A stretch of 64,000 nucleotides of DNA from Isurus oxyrinchus (taxonomy: Eukaryota): assembly GCA_026770705.1 (NCBI GenBank), contig JANJGN010000002.1:106888001-106952000 (forward strand), given 5' to 3'. This document shows positions 24,329-37,863 of the stretch, piece after piece. Positions within the stretch are counted from its first letter, which is position 1. Each line of letters begins with the position of its first letter. The notes under the pieces were generated by a model, which did no database searches, was not told the DNA's origin, and was given only the letters and a program-made list of their open reading frames with translations. Position numbers and translations under genes: made by a program.

Positions 24329-24589
24329 TGTTCGGGTCTGGCAGCATCGGCGGAGAAGAAAAGAGTTGACGTTTCGAGTCTTCATGACCCTTCGACAGAA
24401 CTTGATTTCGAGTCCAGGAAAGAGTTCAACTCTTTCCTGGACTCGAAATCAAGTTCTGTCGAAGGGTCATGAAGACTCGAAACGTCAACTCTTTTCTTCT
24501 CTGCCGATGCTGCCAGACCTGCTGAGTTTTTCCAGGTAATTCTGTTTTTGTTTTGGATTTCCAGCATCCGCAGTTCTCTTTGTTTTTAC
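24329..24589 (+). mobile_element. Young Penelope-like palindromic insertion (copy 3)
   Basis: Matches copy 2. Palindrome centre at 24427, hammerhead motif at 24452-24490, TTCCTAACT duplicated. Confidence 0.85.
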
Positions 24590-26271
24590 TTCCTAACTCC
24601 ATGTTTAAGGGAAACCAGTAAATGTTCTGCAAAGATAAAAGCAAAATACTGCACATGCTGGGAAACTGAAGCAAAAACAAAAATAGCTGGAAAACTCAGC
24701 AGGTCTGACAGCATCTGTGGAGAGGAAGTCAGAGTTATCGTTTCCAGTCCGTATGAGTCTTCATCAGACCTCCATCAGAAGTGGTCTGCAAAGCTGGGCT
24801 AAACTGAGCGTAATCCAATGCCACATTTTACCCATCTGTTTGGCTTTACTTCAACATCTATGAGCGCTCTCCACTTGAATGACAGGCTTCGTGGCACCCA
24901 GGCGCATTAACTGTGAAAGTCATTGATTTCAAAGCGAAAGTCATTGATTGAAAGGCTTTTGTTTGCAATGTACAAAGTATCCAATCAATTCATACTTAGC
25001 TTCTTATCAGACACGTCAAGGTAAAGACAGACTTGCATTATTTAACACTTCTCAAGTCCTCTGGACGTCCCAAATGTCATCACAGCTAATCACGTGTTTG
25101 TGACGTCTAGTCACTTGTGATGTAGGAAACGCAGCAAATAATGTGAGCACAACAAACAGCAATGTGAGAATCACCAGGTAAAATGTTGTCATAAAGAGGA
25201 TTCAAGACAATACGTTGCTCACGCTACTGGGGAAGAACATGCTGCTCATATCTGAACAGAATAACCAGCACGGTTTCTTTTCAACTGTATACCTTCAGTC
25301 CACTCTCCTGAAACCTGACTCGGGACAAGCAACTTGGAAGTTGAAACTTTGTCCGAACTAAGTGAGGGTGTTATATCTGTCAGTGAAGCTGCTTCTTCAG
25401 AACTTTTTCATTATGACTGAATAAATTGGACCAATGCCAAGCCTCACGCAGAGATCCAGGTCACGTTTTGCCCCAAATGTTTCGGAGTTCCACATGTGAC
25501 TACGCATGCCTGCATTGTAGCATTTAAATGCAGTTTTTGTGCAAAAGCACAAGCTTGTGCCGCAGCACTCTTCCTCTCACTTGTAGAAATGTTATTTCAA
25601 GCCAAATCGCAAGGTTTGAGTGCAACAATGCAGTTCACACACAAGTGGTTTACTGAGGGTGTGCTGCGCTCTCAGAAGTGCTATGACATGCATTTTACGT
25701 GAATCCGAAGCCACATCTCCCTTCTCTTGGGATGGTAAGAGGTCCCCTGGCGCTATTCCAATGAATAACAGGGGGCTCCTACCTGCTGTCGTGGGCAATA
25801 TTTAGCTCTCGGTCAGTATCATAAAAGACACGCACTATCTCCTCGTTGCCGAATTGCTGTCTGGCGTTTGCAAGTTACCTGCACGTTGGTGACATTAGAG
25901 CAGTGAACACATTTGAAACGCATTTCTTTGCCTGGAAAGTGCTTTCAGATTCGTGGCAATGATCAAACGCGCTCTATAAATGTGTCGCTGTTTTAACATA
26001 TTGAGCCTTGACGAGAGTGCACAAAAAATCAATTACCCCAAAGTGCAATGTTGAACATGAATTTGTATATCGTGCAAGATTTGCAGCTGGCATGAGCGAT
26101 GCTTGTTGCAGTCAATATTCTGGCATTGTAAAGAAAGATTTCCATGATTTTAGTCGCTGGAAATTGGTGTCTTTTCATATTCTGAGTCTTTAGGAGAACT
26201 GTTAGTTTGTCACCATGGCTTTAGGAGAGGGCTCTCACTTCTCACCAAGGATATTGTACCTGCTCTTTTAT

Positions 26272-26386
26272 AAGCTCCCAATTCTCTTCAATTCGTATAA
26301 ATCTTTCGCCTTTTACTAAAGATTTCCGTGGAGAGAATTGATTGAGAATTTTGAAGCAATTTTTGAATGCCTGACCTCAGGCAGGT
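26272..26386 (+). ncRNA. RNU5: U5 snRNA copy 12
   Basis: Consensus coding sequence; upstream octamer mutated (ATTTGTAT). Confidence 0.94.
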
Positions 26387-28566
26387 TTACTTGTCCAATG
26401 TGCAAAAACAGATGCCATTCAAACTATTTTTTCTGCCTGACTACTTTTTCCGCATATCAGTAGTGCTCCAGCGTGTTGCAATGCACAGCATTATTACAGC
26501 AGCCTTTCCAAAAAAAACACCATGAATCGATGCACTTTCCCAATCCTGATGCTGTCACGACGCTAGGTCTTTTCACTCTTGATGCTTTCTACCTTCTGTG
26601 TTTCGCATTCCCCTCATAGCTGAGCCCTCGCTGACTGTTCTCAACTGTGTCTCCGCGTGCCTTGATAATTCTTCAAGCAAGCTTCTCATATTGAAAACAA
26701 CACCCATAGATTGCGTCAGCTACCGGATTGATCAATTGCCTCCACAGGCCCCTTCTCGTCTTCAAAGCACCAGTATAGTACGACTCCTTGCTTTAGTTTG
26801 TAACAACAAACAAATGTATTGTACTGAACAAGCAAGGAAATAACAGAAGTTTAAGACATACCTTTTCAAAGTTCATTCATAACTTTCCTAACTCCATGTT
26901 TAAGGGAAACCAGTAAATGTTCTGCAAAGATAAAAGCAAAATACTGCACATGCTGGGAAACTGAAGCAAAAACAAAAATAGCTGGAAAACGCAGCAGGTC
27001 TGACAGCATCTGTGGAGAGGAAGTCAGAGTTATCGTTTCCAGTCCGTATGAGTCTTCATCAGACCTCCATCAGAAGTGGTCTGCAAAGCTGCGCTAAACT
27101 GAGCGTAATCCAATGCCACATTTTACCCATCTGTTTGGCTTTACTTCAACATCAATGAGTACTCTCTTCTTGAATGACAGGCTTCGTGGCACCCAGGCGC
27201 ATTATCTTTGAATGTTATTGATTTCAAAGCGAAAGTCATTGATTGAAAGGCTTTTGTTTGCAATGTACAAAGTATCCAATCAATTCATAGTTAGCTTCTT
27301 ATCAGACACGTCAAGATAAAGACAGACTTGCATTATTTATCACTTCTCAAGTCCTCTGGACGTCCCAAATGTCATCACTGCTAATCACGTGTTTGTGACG
27401 TCTAGTCACTTGTGATGTAGGAAATGCGGCAAGTAATGTGCACACAACAAACAGCAATGTGAGAATCACCAGGTAAAATGTTGTCATAAAGTGGATTCAA
27501 GACAAAACGTTGCTCACGCTACTGGGGAAGAACATGCTGCTCATATCTGAACAGAATAACCAGCACGGTTTCTTTTCAACTGTATACCTTCAGTCCACTC
27601 TCCAGAAACCTGACTCGGGACAAGCAACTTGGAAGTTGAAACTTTGTTCGAGCTAAGTGAGGGTGTTATATCTGTCAGTGAAGCTGCTTCTTCAGAACTT
27701 TTTCATTATGACTGAATAAATTGGACCAATGCCAAGCCTCACGCAGAGATCCAGGTCACTTTTTGCCCCAAATGTTTCGGAGTTCCACATGTGACTACGC
27801 ATGCCTGCATTGTAGCATTTAAATGCAGTTTTTGTGCAAAAGCACAAGCTTGTGCTGTAGCACTCTTCCTCTCACTTGCAGAAATGTTATTTCAAGCCAA
27901 ATCGCAAGGTTTGAGTGCAACAATGCAGTTCACACACAAGTGGTTTACAGAGGGTGTGCTGCGCTCTCAGAAGTGCTATGACATGCATTTTACGTGAATC
28001 CGAAGCCACATCTCCCTTCTCTTGGGATGGTAAGAGGTCCCCTGGCGCTATTCCAATGAATAACAGGGGGCTCCTACCTGCTGTCGTGGGCAATATTTAG
28101 CTCTCGGTCAGTATCATAAAAGACACGCACTATCTCCTCGATGCCGAATTGCTGTCTGGCGTTTGCAAGTTACCTGCACGTTGGTGACATTAGAGCAGTG
28201 AACACATTTGAAATGCATTTCTTTGCCTGGAAAGTGCTTTCAGATTCGTGGCAATGATCAAACGCGCTCTATAAATATGTCGCTGTTTTAACATATTGAG
28301 CCTTGACGAGAGCGCACAAAAAATCAATTACCCCAAAGTGCAATGTTGAACATGAATTTGCATATCGTGCAAGATTTGCAGCTGGCATGAGCGATGCTTG
28401 TTGCAGTCAATATTCTGGCATTGTAAAGAAAGATTTCCATGATTTTAGTCGCTGGAAATTGGTGTCTTTTCATATTCTGAGTCTTTAGGAGAACTGTTAG
28501 TTTGTCACCATGGCTTTAGGAGAGGGCTCTCACTTCTCACCAAGGATATTGTACCTGCTCTTTTAT

Positions 28567-28681
28567 AAGGTCCCAATTCTCTTCAATTCGTATAAATCTT
28601 TCGCCTTTTACTAAAGATTTCCGTGGAGAGAATTGATTGAGAATTTTGAAGCTATTTTTGAATGCCTGACCTCAGGCAGGT
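28567..28681 (+). ncRNA. RNU5: U5 snRNA copy 13
   Basis: Loop 1 intact; Sm site UAUUUUUG. Confidence 0.92.
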
Positions 28682-30861
28682 TTACTTGTCCAATGTGCAA
28701 AAACAGATGCCATTCAAGCTATTTTTTCTGCCTGACTTCTTTTTCTGCATATCAGTAGTGCTCCAGCGTGTTGCAATGCACAGCATTATTACAGCAGCCT
28801 TTCCAAAAAAAACACCATGAATCGATGCACTTTCCCAATCCTGATGCTGTCACGACGCTAGGTCTTTTCACTCTTGATGCTTTCTACCTTCTGTGTTTCG
28901 CATTCCCCTCATAGCTGAGCCCTCGCTGACTGTTCTCAACTGTGTCTCCGCGTGCCTTGATAATTCTTCAAGCAAGCTTCTCATATTGAAAACAACACCC
29001 ATAGATTGCGTCAGCTACCGGATTGATCAATTGCCTCCACAGGCCCCTTCTCGTCTTCAAAGCACCAGTATAGTACAACTCCTTGCTTTAGTTTGTAACA
29101 ACAAACAAATGTATTGTACTGAACAAGCAAGGAAATAACAGAAGTTTAAGACATACCTTTTCAAAGTTCATTCATAACTTTCCTAACTCCATGTTTAAGG
29201 GAAACCAGTAAATGTTCTGCAAAGATAAAAGCAAAATACTGCACATGCTGGGAAACTGAAGCAAAAACAAAAATAGCTGGAAAACGCAGCAGGTCTGACA
29301 GCATCTGTGGAGAGGAAGTCAGAGTTATCGTTTCCAGTCCGTATGAGTCTTCATCAGACCTCCATCAGAAGTGGTCTGCAAAGCTGCGCTAAACTGAGCG
29401 TAATCCAATGCCACATTTTACCCATCTGTTTGGCTTTACTTCAACATCAATGAGTACTCTCTTCTTGAATGACAGGCTTCGTGGCACCCAGGCGCATTAT
29501 CTTTGAATGTTATTGATTTCAAAGCGAAAGTCATTGATTGAAAGGCTTTTGTTTGCAATGTACAAAGTATCCAATCAATTCATAGTTAGCTTCTTATCAG
29601 ACACGTCAAGATAAAGACAGACTTGCATTATTTATCACTTCTCAAGTCCTCTGGACGTCCCAAATGTCATCACTGCTAATCACGTGTTTGTGACGTCTAG
29701 TCACTTGTGATGTAGGAAATGCGGCAAGTAATGTGCACACAACAAACAGCAATGTGAGAATCACCAGGTAAAATGTTGTCATAAAGTGGATTCAAGACAA
29801 AACGTTGCTCACGCTACTGGGGAAGAACATGCTGCTCATATCTGAACAGAATAACCAGCACGGTTTCTTTTCAACTGTATACCTTCAGTCCACTCTCCAG
29901 AAACCTGACTCGGGACAAGCAACTTGGAAGTTGAAACTTTGTTCGAGCTAAGTGAGGGTGTTATATCTGTCAGTGAAGCTGCTTCTTCAGAACTTTTTCA
30001 TTATGACTGAATAAATTGGACCAATGCCAAGCCTCACGCAGAGATCCAGGTCACTTTTTGCCCCAAATGTTTCGGAGTTCCACATGTGACTACGCATGCC
30101 TGCATTGTAGCATTTAAATGCAGTTTTTGTGCAAAAGCACAAGCTTGTGCTGTAGCACTCTTCCTCTCACTTGCAGAAATGTTATTTCAAGCCAAATCGC
30201 AAGGTTTGAGTGCAACAATGCAGTTCACACACAAGTGGTTTACTGAGGGTGTGCTGCGCTCTCAGAAGTGCTATGACATGCATTTTACGTGAATCCGAAG
30301 CCACATCTCCCTTCTCTTGGGATGGTAAGAGGTCCCCTGGCGCTATTCCAATGAATAACAGGGGGCTCCTACCTGCTGTCGTGGGCAATATTTAGCTCTC
30401 GGTCAGTATCATAAAAGACACGCACTATCTCCTCGATGCCGAATTGCTGTCTGGCGTTTGCAAGTTACCTGCACGTTGGTGACATTAGAGCAGTGAACAC
30501 ATTTGAAACGCATTTCTTTGCCTGGAAAGTGCTTTCAGATTCGTGGCAATGATCAAACGCGCTCTATAAATATGTCGCTGTTTTAACATATCGAGCCTTG
30601 ACGAGAGCGCACAAAAAATCAATTACCCCAAAGTGCAATGTTGAACATGAATTTGCATATCGTGCAAGATTTTCAGCTGGCATGAGCGATGCTTGTTGCA
30701 GTCAATATTCTGGCATTGTAAAGAAAGATTTCCATGATTTTAGTCGCTGGAAATTGGTGTCTTTTCATATTCTGAGTCTTTAGGAGAACTGTTAGTTTGT
30801 CACCATGGCTTTAGGAGAGGGCTCTCACTTCTCACCAAGGATATTGTACCTGCTCTTTTAT

Positions 30862-30976
30862 AAGCTCCCAATTCTCTTCAATTCGTATAAATCTTTCGCC
30901 TTTTACTAAAGATTTCCGTGGAGAGAATTGATTGAGAATTTTGAAGCTATTTTTGAATGCCTGACCTCAGGCAAGT
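30862..30976 (+). ncRNA. RNU5: U5 snRNA copy 14
   Basis: Loop 1 intact; Sm site UAUUUUUG. Confidence 0.92.
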
Positions 30977-33157
30977 TTACTTGTCCAATGTGCAAAAACA
31001 GATGCCATTCAAGCTATTTTTTCTGCCTGACTTCTTTTTCTGCATATCAGTAGTGCTCCAGCGTGTTGCAATGCACAGCATTATTACAGCAGCCTTTCCA
31101 AAAAAAACACCATGAATCGATGCACTTTCCCAATCCTGATGCTGTCACGACGCTAGGTCTTTTCACTCTTGATGCTTTCTACCTTCTGTGTTTCGCATTC
31201 CCCTCATAGCTGAGCCCTCGCTGACTGTTCTCAACTGTGTCTCCGCGTGCCTTGATAATTCTTCAAGCAAGCTTCTCATATTGAAAACAACACCCATAGA
31301 TTGCGTCAGCTACCGGATTGATCAATTGCCTCCACAGGCCCCTTCTCGTCTTCAAAGCACCAGTATAGTACGACTCCTTGCTTTAGTTTGTAACAACAAA
31401 CAAATGTATTGTACTGAACAAGCAAGGAAATAACAGAAGTTTAAGACATACCTTTTCAAAGTCCATTCATAACTTTCCTAACTCCATGTTTAAGGGAAAC
31501 CAGTAAATGTTCTGCAAAGATAAAAGCAAAATACTGCACATGCTGGGAAACTGAAGCAAAAACAAAAATAGCTGGAAAACGCAGCAGGTCTGACAGCATC
31601 TGTGGAGAGGAAGTCAGAGTTATCGTTTCCAGTCCGTATGAGTCTTCATCAGACCTCCATCAGAAGTGGTCTGCAAAGCTGCGCTAAACTGAGCGTAATC
31701 CAATGCCACATTTTACCCATCTGTTTGGCTTTACTTCAACATCAATGAGTACTCTCTTCTTGAATGACAGGCTTCGTGGCACCCAGGCGCATTATCTTTG
31801 AATGTCATTGATTTCAAAGCTAAAGTCATTGATTGAAAGGCTTTTGTTTGCAATGTACAAAGTATCCAATCAGTTCATACTTAGCTTCTTATCAGACACG
31901 TCAAGATAAAGACAGACTTGCATTATTTATCACTTCTCAAGTCCTCTGGACGTCCCAAATGTCATCACTGCTAATCACGTGTTTGTGACGTCTAGTCACT
32001 TGTGATGTAGGAAATGCGGCAAGTAATGTGCACACAACAAACAGCAATGTGAGAATCACCAGGTAAAATGTTGTCATAAAGTGGATTCAAGACAAAACGT
32101 TGCTCACGCTACTGGGGAAGAACATGCTGCTCATATCTGAACAGAATAACCAGCACGGTTTCTTTTCAACTGAATACCTTCAGTCCACTCTCCAGAAACC
32201 TGACTCGGGACAAGCAACTTGGAAGTTGAAACTTTGTTCGAGCTAAGTGAGGGTGTTATATCTGTCAGTGAAGCTGCTTCTTCAGAACTTTTTCATTATC
32301 ACTGAATAAATTGGACCAATGCCAAGCCTCACTCAGAGATCCAGGTCACTTTTTGCCCCAAATGTTTCGGAGTTCCACAAGTGACTACGCATGCCTGCAT
32401 GTTAGCATTTAAATGCAGTTTTTGTGCAAAAGCACAAGCTTGTGCTGTAGCATTCTTGCCTCTCACTTGCAGAACTGTAATTTCAAGCCAAATCGCAAGG
32501 TTGGAGTGCAAAAATGCAGTTGACACACAAGTGATTTACTGAGGGTGTGCTGCGCTCTCAGAAGTGCTATGACGTGCATTTTACGTGAATCCGAAGCCAT
32601 ATCTCCCTTCTCTTGGGATGGTAAGAGGTCCCCTGGCGCTATTCCAATGAATAACAGGGGGCTCCTACCTGCTGTCGTGGGCAATATTTAGCTCTCGGTC
32701 AGTATCATAAAAGACACGCACTATCTCCTCGATGCCGAATTGCTGTCTGGCGTTTGCAAGCTACCTGCACGTTGGTGACATTAGAGCAGTGAACACATCT
32801 GAAACGCATTTCTTTGCCTGGAAAGTGCTTTCAGATTCGTGGCAATGATCAAACGCGCTCTATAAATGTGTCGCTGTTTTAACATATTGAGCCTTGACGA
32901 GAGTGCACAAAAAATCAATTACCCCAAAGTGCAATGTTGAACATGAATTTGCATATCGTGCAAGATTTGCAGCTGGCATGAGCGATGCTTGTTGCAGTCA
33001 ATATTCTGGCATTGTAAAGAAAGATTTCCATGATTTTAGTCGCTGGAAATTGGTGTCTTTTCATATTCTGAGTCTTTAGGAGAACTGTTAGTTTGTCACC
33101 ACGGCTTTAGGAGAGGGCTCTCACTTCTCACCAAGGATATTGTACCTGCTCTTTTAT

Positions 33158-33272
33158 AAGTTCCCAATTCTCTTCAATTCGTATAAATCTTTCGCATTTT
33201 ACTAAAGATTTCCGTGGAGAGAATTGATTGAGAGTTTTGACGCAATTTTTGAATGCCTGACCTCAGGTAGGT
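33158..33272 (+). ncRNA. RNU5: U5 snRNA copy 15 (loop 1 variant GCAUUUUAC)
   Basis: TTTCGCATTTTACTAAAG; Sm site intact. Confidence 0.88.
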
Positions 33273-35452
33273 TCACTTGTGCAACGTGCAAAAACAGATG
33301 CCATTCAAGCTATTTTTTCTGCCTGACTACTTTTTCCGCATATCAGTAGTGTTCCAGCGTGTTGCAATGCACAGCATTATTACAGCAGCCTTTCCAAAAA
33401 AAACACCATGAATCGATGCGCTTTCCCAATCCTGATGCTGTCACGACGCTAGGTCTTTTCACTCTTGATGCTTTCTACCTTCTGTGTTTCGCATTCCCCT
33501 CATAGCTGAGCCCTCGCTGACTGTTGTCAACTGTGTCTCCGCGTGCCTTGATAATTCTTCAAGCAAGCTGCTCATATTGAAAACAACACCCATAGATTGC
33601 GTCAGCTACCGGATTGATCAATTGCCTCCACAGGCCCCTTCTCGTCTTCAAAGCACCAGTATAGTACGACTCCTTGCTTTAGTTTGTAACAACAAACAAA
33701 TGTATTGTACTGAACAAGCAAGGAAATAACAGAAGTTTAAGACATACCTTTTCAAAGTTCATTCATAACTTTCCTAACTCCATGTTTAAGGGAAACCAGT
33801 AAATGTTCTGCAAAGATAAAAGCAAAATACTGCACATGCTGGGAAACTGAAGCAAAAACAAAAATAGCTGGAAAACTCAGCAGGTCTGACAGCATCTGTG
33901 GAGAGGAAGTCAGAGTTATCGTTTCCAGTCCGTATGAGTCTTCATCAGACCTCCATCAGAAGTGGTCTGCAAAGATGCGCTAAACTGAGCGTAATCCAAT
34001 GCCACATTTTACCCATCTGTTTGGCTTTACTTCAACATCAATGAGTACTCTCTTCTTGAATGACAGGCTTCGTGGCACCCAGGCGCATTATCTTTGAAAG
34101 TCATTGATTTCAAAGCTAAAGTCATTGATTGAAAGGCTTTTGTTTGCAATGTACAAAGTATCCAATCAATTCATACCTAGCTTCTTATCAGACACGTCAA
34201 GATAAAGACAGACTTGCATTACTTATCACTTCTCAAGTCCTCTGGACGTCCCAAATGTCATCACTGCTAATCACGTGTTTGTGACGTCTAGTCACTTGTG
34301 ATGTAGGAAATGCGGCAAGTAATGTGCACACAACAAACAGCAATGTGAGAATCACCAGGTAAAATGTTGTCATAAAGTGGATTCAAGACAAAACGTTGCT
34401 CACGCTACTGGAGAAGAACATGCTGCTCATATCTGAACAGAATAACCAGCACGGTTTCTTTTCAACTGAATACCTTCAGTCCACTCTCCAGAAACCTGAC
34501 TCGGGACAAGCAACTTGGAAGTTGAAACTTTGTTCGAACTAAGTGAGGGTGTTATATCTGTCAGTGAAGCTGCTTCTTCAGAACTTTTTCATTATGACTG
34601 AATAAATTGGACCAATGCCAAGCCTCACGCAGAGATCCAGGTCACTTTTTGCCCCAAATGTTTCGGAGTTCCACATGTGACTACGCATGCCTGCATTGTA
34701 GCATTTAAATGCAGTTTTTGTGCAAAAGCACAAGCTTGTGCTGTAGCACTCTTCCTCTCACTTGCAGAAATGTTATTTCAAGCCAAATCGCAAGGTTTGA
34801 GTGCAACAATGCAGTTCACACACAAGTGGTTTACTGAGGGTGTGCTGCGCTCTCAGAAGTGCTATGACATGCATTTTACGTGAATCCGAAGCCACATCTC
34901 CCTTCTCTTGGGATGGTAAGAGGTCCCCTGGCGCTATTCCAATGAATAACAGGGGGCTCCTACCTGCTGTCGTGGGCAATATTTAGCTCTCGGTCAGTAT
35001 CATAAAAGACACGCACTATCTCCTCGATGCCGAATTGCTGTCTGGCGTTTGCAAGTTACCTGCACGTTGGTGACATTAGAGCAGTGAACACATTTGAAAC
35101 GCATTTCTTTGCCTGGAAAGTGCTTTCAGATTCGTGGCAATGATCAAACGCGCTCTATAAATATGTCGCTGTTTTAACATATTGAGCCTTGACGAGAGTG
35201 CACAAAAAATCAATTACCCCAAAGTGCAATGTTGAACATGAATTTGCATATCGTGCAAGATTTGCAGCTGGCATGAGCGATGCTTGTTGCAGTCAATATT
35301 CTGGCATTGTAAAGAAAGATTTCCATGATTTTAGTCGCTGGAAATTGGTGTCTTTTCATATTCTGAGTCTTTAGGAGAACTGTTAGTTTGTCACCATGGC
35401 TATAGGAGAGGGCTCTCACTTCTCACCAAGGATATTGTACCTGCTCTTTTAT

Positions 35453-35567
35453 AAGCTCCCAATTCTCTTCAATTCGTATAAATCTTTCGCCTTTTACTAA
35501 AGATTTCCGTGGAGAGAATTGATTGAGAATTTTGAAGCAATTTTTGAATGCCTGACCTCAGGCAGGT
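35453..35567 (+). ncRNA. RNU5: U5 snRNA copy 16
   Basis: Array-consensus sequence. Confidence 0.95.
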
Positions 35568-37748
35568 TTACTTGTCCAATGTGCAAAAACAGATGCCATT
35601 CAAGCTATTTTTTCTGCCTGACTACTTTTTCTGCATATCAGTAGTGCTCCAGCGTGTTGCAATGCACAGCATTATTACAGCAGCCTTTCCAAAAAAAACA
35701 CCATGAATCGATGCACTTTCCCAATCCTGATGCTGTCACGACGCTAGGTCTTTTCACTCTTGATGCTTTCTACCTTCTGTGTTTCGCATTCCCCTCATAG
35801 CTGAGCCCTCGCTGACTGTTCTCAACTGTGTCTCCGCGTGCCTTGATAATTCTTCAAGCAAGCTTCTCATATTGAAAACAACACCCATAGATTGCGTCAG
35901 CTACCGGATTGATCAATTGCCTCCACAGGCCCCTTCTCGTCTTCAAAGCACCAGTATAGTACGACTCCTTGCTTTAGTTTGTAACAACAAACAAATGTAT
36001 TGTACTGAACAAGCAAGGAAATAACAGAAGTTTAAGACATACCTTTTCAAAGTTCATTCATAACTTTCCTAACTCCATGTTTAAGGGAAACCAGTAAATG
36101 TTCTGCAAAGATAAAAGCAAAATACTGCACATGCTGGGAAACTGAAGCAAAAACAAAAATAGCTCGAAAACTCAGCAGGTCTGACAGCATCTGTGGAGAG
36201 GAAGTCAGAGTTATCGTTTCCAGTCCGTATGAGTCTTCATCAGACCTCCATCAGAAGTGGTCTGTAAAGCTGGGCTAAACTGAGCGTAATCCAATGCCAC
36301 ATTTTACCCATCTGTTTGGCTTTACTTCAACATCTATGAGCGCTCTCTTCTTGAATGACAGGCTTCGTGGCACCCAGGCGCATTATCTGTGAAAGTCATT
36401 GATTTCAAAGCGAAAGTCATTGATTGAAAGGCTTTTGTTTGCAATGTACAAAGTATCCAATCAATTCATACTTAGCTTCTTATCAGACACGTCAAGATAA
36501 AGACAGACTTGCATTATTTATCACTTCTCAAGTCCTCTGGACGTCCCAAATGTCATCACTGCTAATCACGTGTTTGTGACGTCTAGTCACTTGTGATGTA
36601 GGAAATGCGGCAAGTAATGTGCACACAACAAACAGCAATGTGAGAATCACCAGGTAAAATGTTGTCATAAAGTGGATTCAAGACAAAACGTTGCTCACAC
36701 TACTGGGGAAGAACATGCTGCTCATATCTGAACAGAATAACCAGCACGGTTTCTTTTCAACTGTATACCTTCATTCCACTCTCCAGAAACCTGACTCGGG
36801 ACAAGCAACTTGGAAGTTGAAACTTTGTTCGAGCTAAGTGAGGGTGTTATATCTGTCAGTGAAGCTGCTTCTTCAGAACTTTTTCATTATCACTGAATAA
36901 ATTGGACCAATGCCAAGCCTCACTCAGAGATCCAGGTCACTTTTTGCCCCAAATGTTTCGGAGTTCCACATGTGACTACGCATGCCTGCATGTTAGCATT
37001 TAAATGCAGTTTTTGTGCAAAAGCACAAGCTTGTGCTGTAGCATTCTTGCCTCTCACTTGCAGAACTGTAATTTCAAGCCAAATCGCAAGGTTGGAGTGC
37101 AAAAATGCAGTTGACACACAAGTGATTTACTGAGGGTGTGCTGCGCTCTCAGAAGTGCTATGACGTGCATTTTACGTGAATCCGAAGCCATATCTCCCTT
37201 CTCTTGGGATGGTAAGAGGTCCCCTGGCGCTATTCCAATGAATAACAGGGGGCTCCTACCTGCTGTCGTGGGCAATATTTAGCTCTCGGTCAGTATCATA
37301 AAAGACACGCACTATCTCCTCGATGCCGAATTGCTGTCTGGCGTTTGCAAGCTACCTGCACGTTGGTGACATTAGAGCAGTCAACACATTTGAAACGCAT
37401 TTCTTTGCCTGGAAAGTGCTTTCAGATTCGTGGCAATGATCAAACGCGCTCTATAAATATGTCGCTGTTTTAACATATTGAGCCTTGACGAGAGTGCACA
37501 AAAAATCAATTACCCCAAAGTGCAATGTTGAACATGAATTTGCATATCGTGCAAGATTTGCAGCTGGCATGAGCGATGCTTGTTGCAGTCAATATTCTGG
37601 CATTGTAAAGAAAGATTTCCATGATTTTAGTCGCTGGAAATTGGTGTCTTTTCATATTCTGAGTCTTTAGGAGAACTGTTAGTTTGTCACCATGGCTTTA
37701 GGAGAGGGCTCTCACTTCTCACCAAGGATATTGTACCTGCTCTTTCAT

Positions 37749-37863
37749 AAGCTCCCAATTTTCTTCAATTCGTATAAATCTTTCGCCTTTTACTAAAGAT
37801 TTCCGTGAAGAGAATTGATTGAGAATTTTGAAGCAATTTTTGAATGCCTGACCTCAGGCAGGT
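37749..37863 (+). ncRNA. RNU5: U5 snRNA copy 17
   Basis: Loop 1 and Sm site intact; two pairing-compatible stem changes. Confidence 0.93.
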
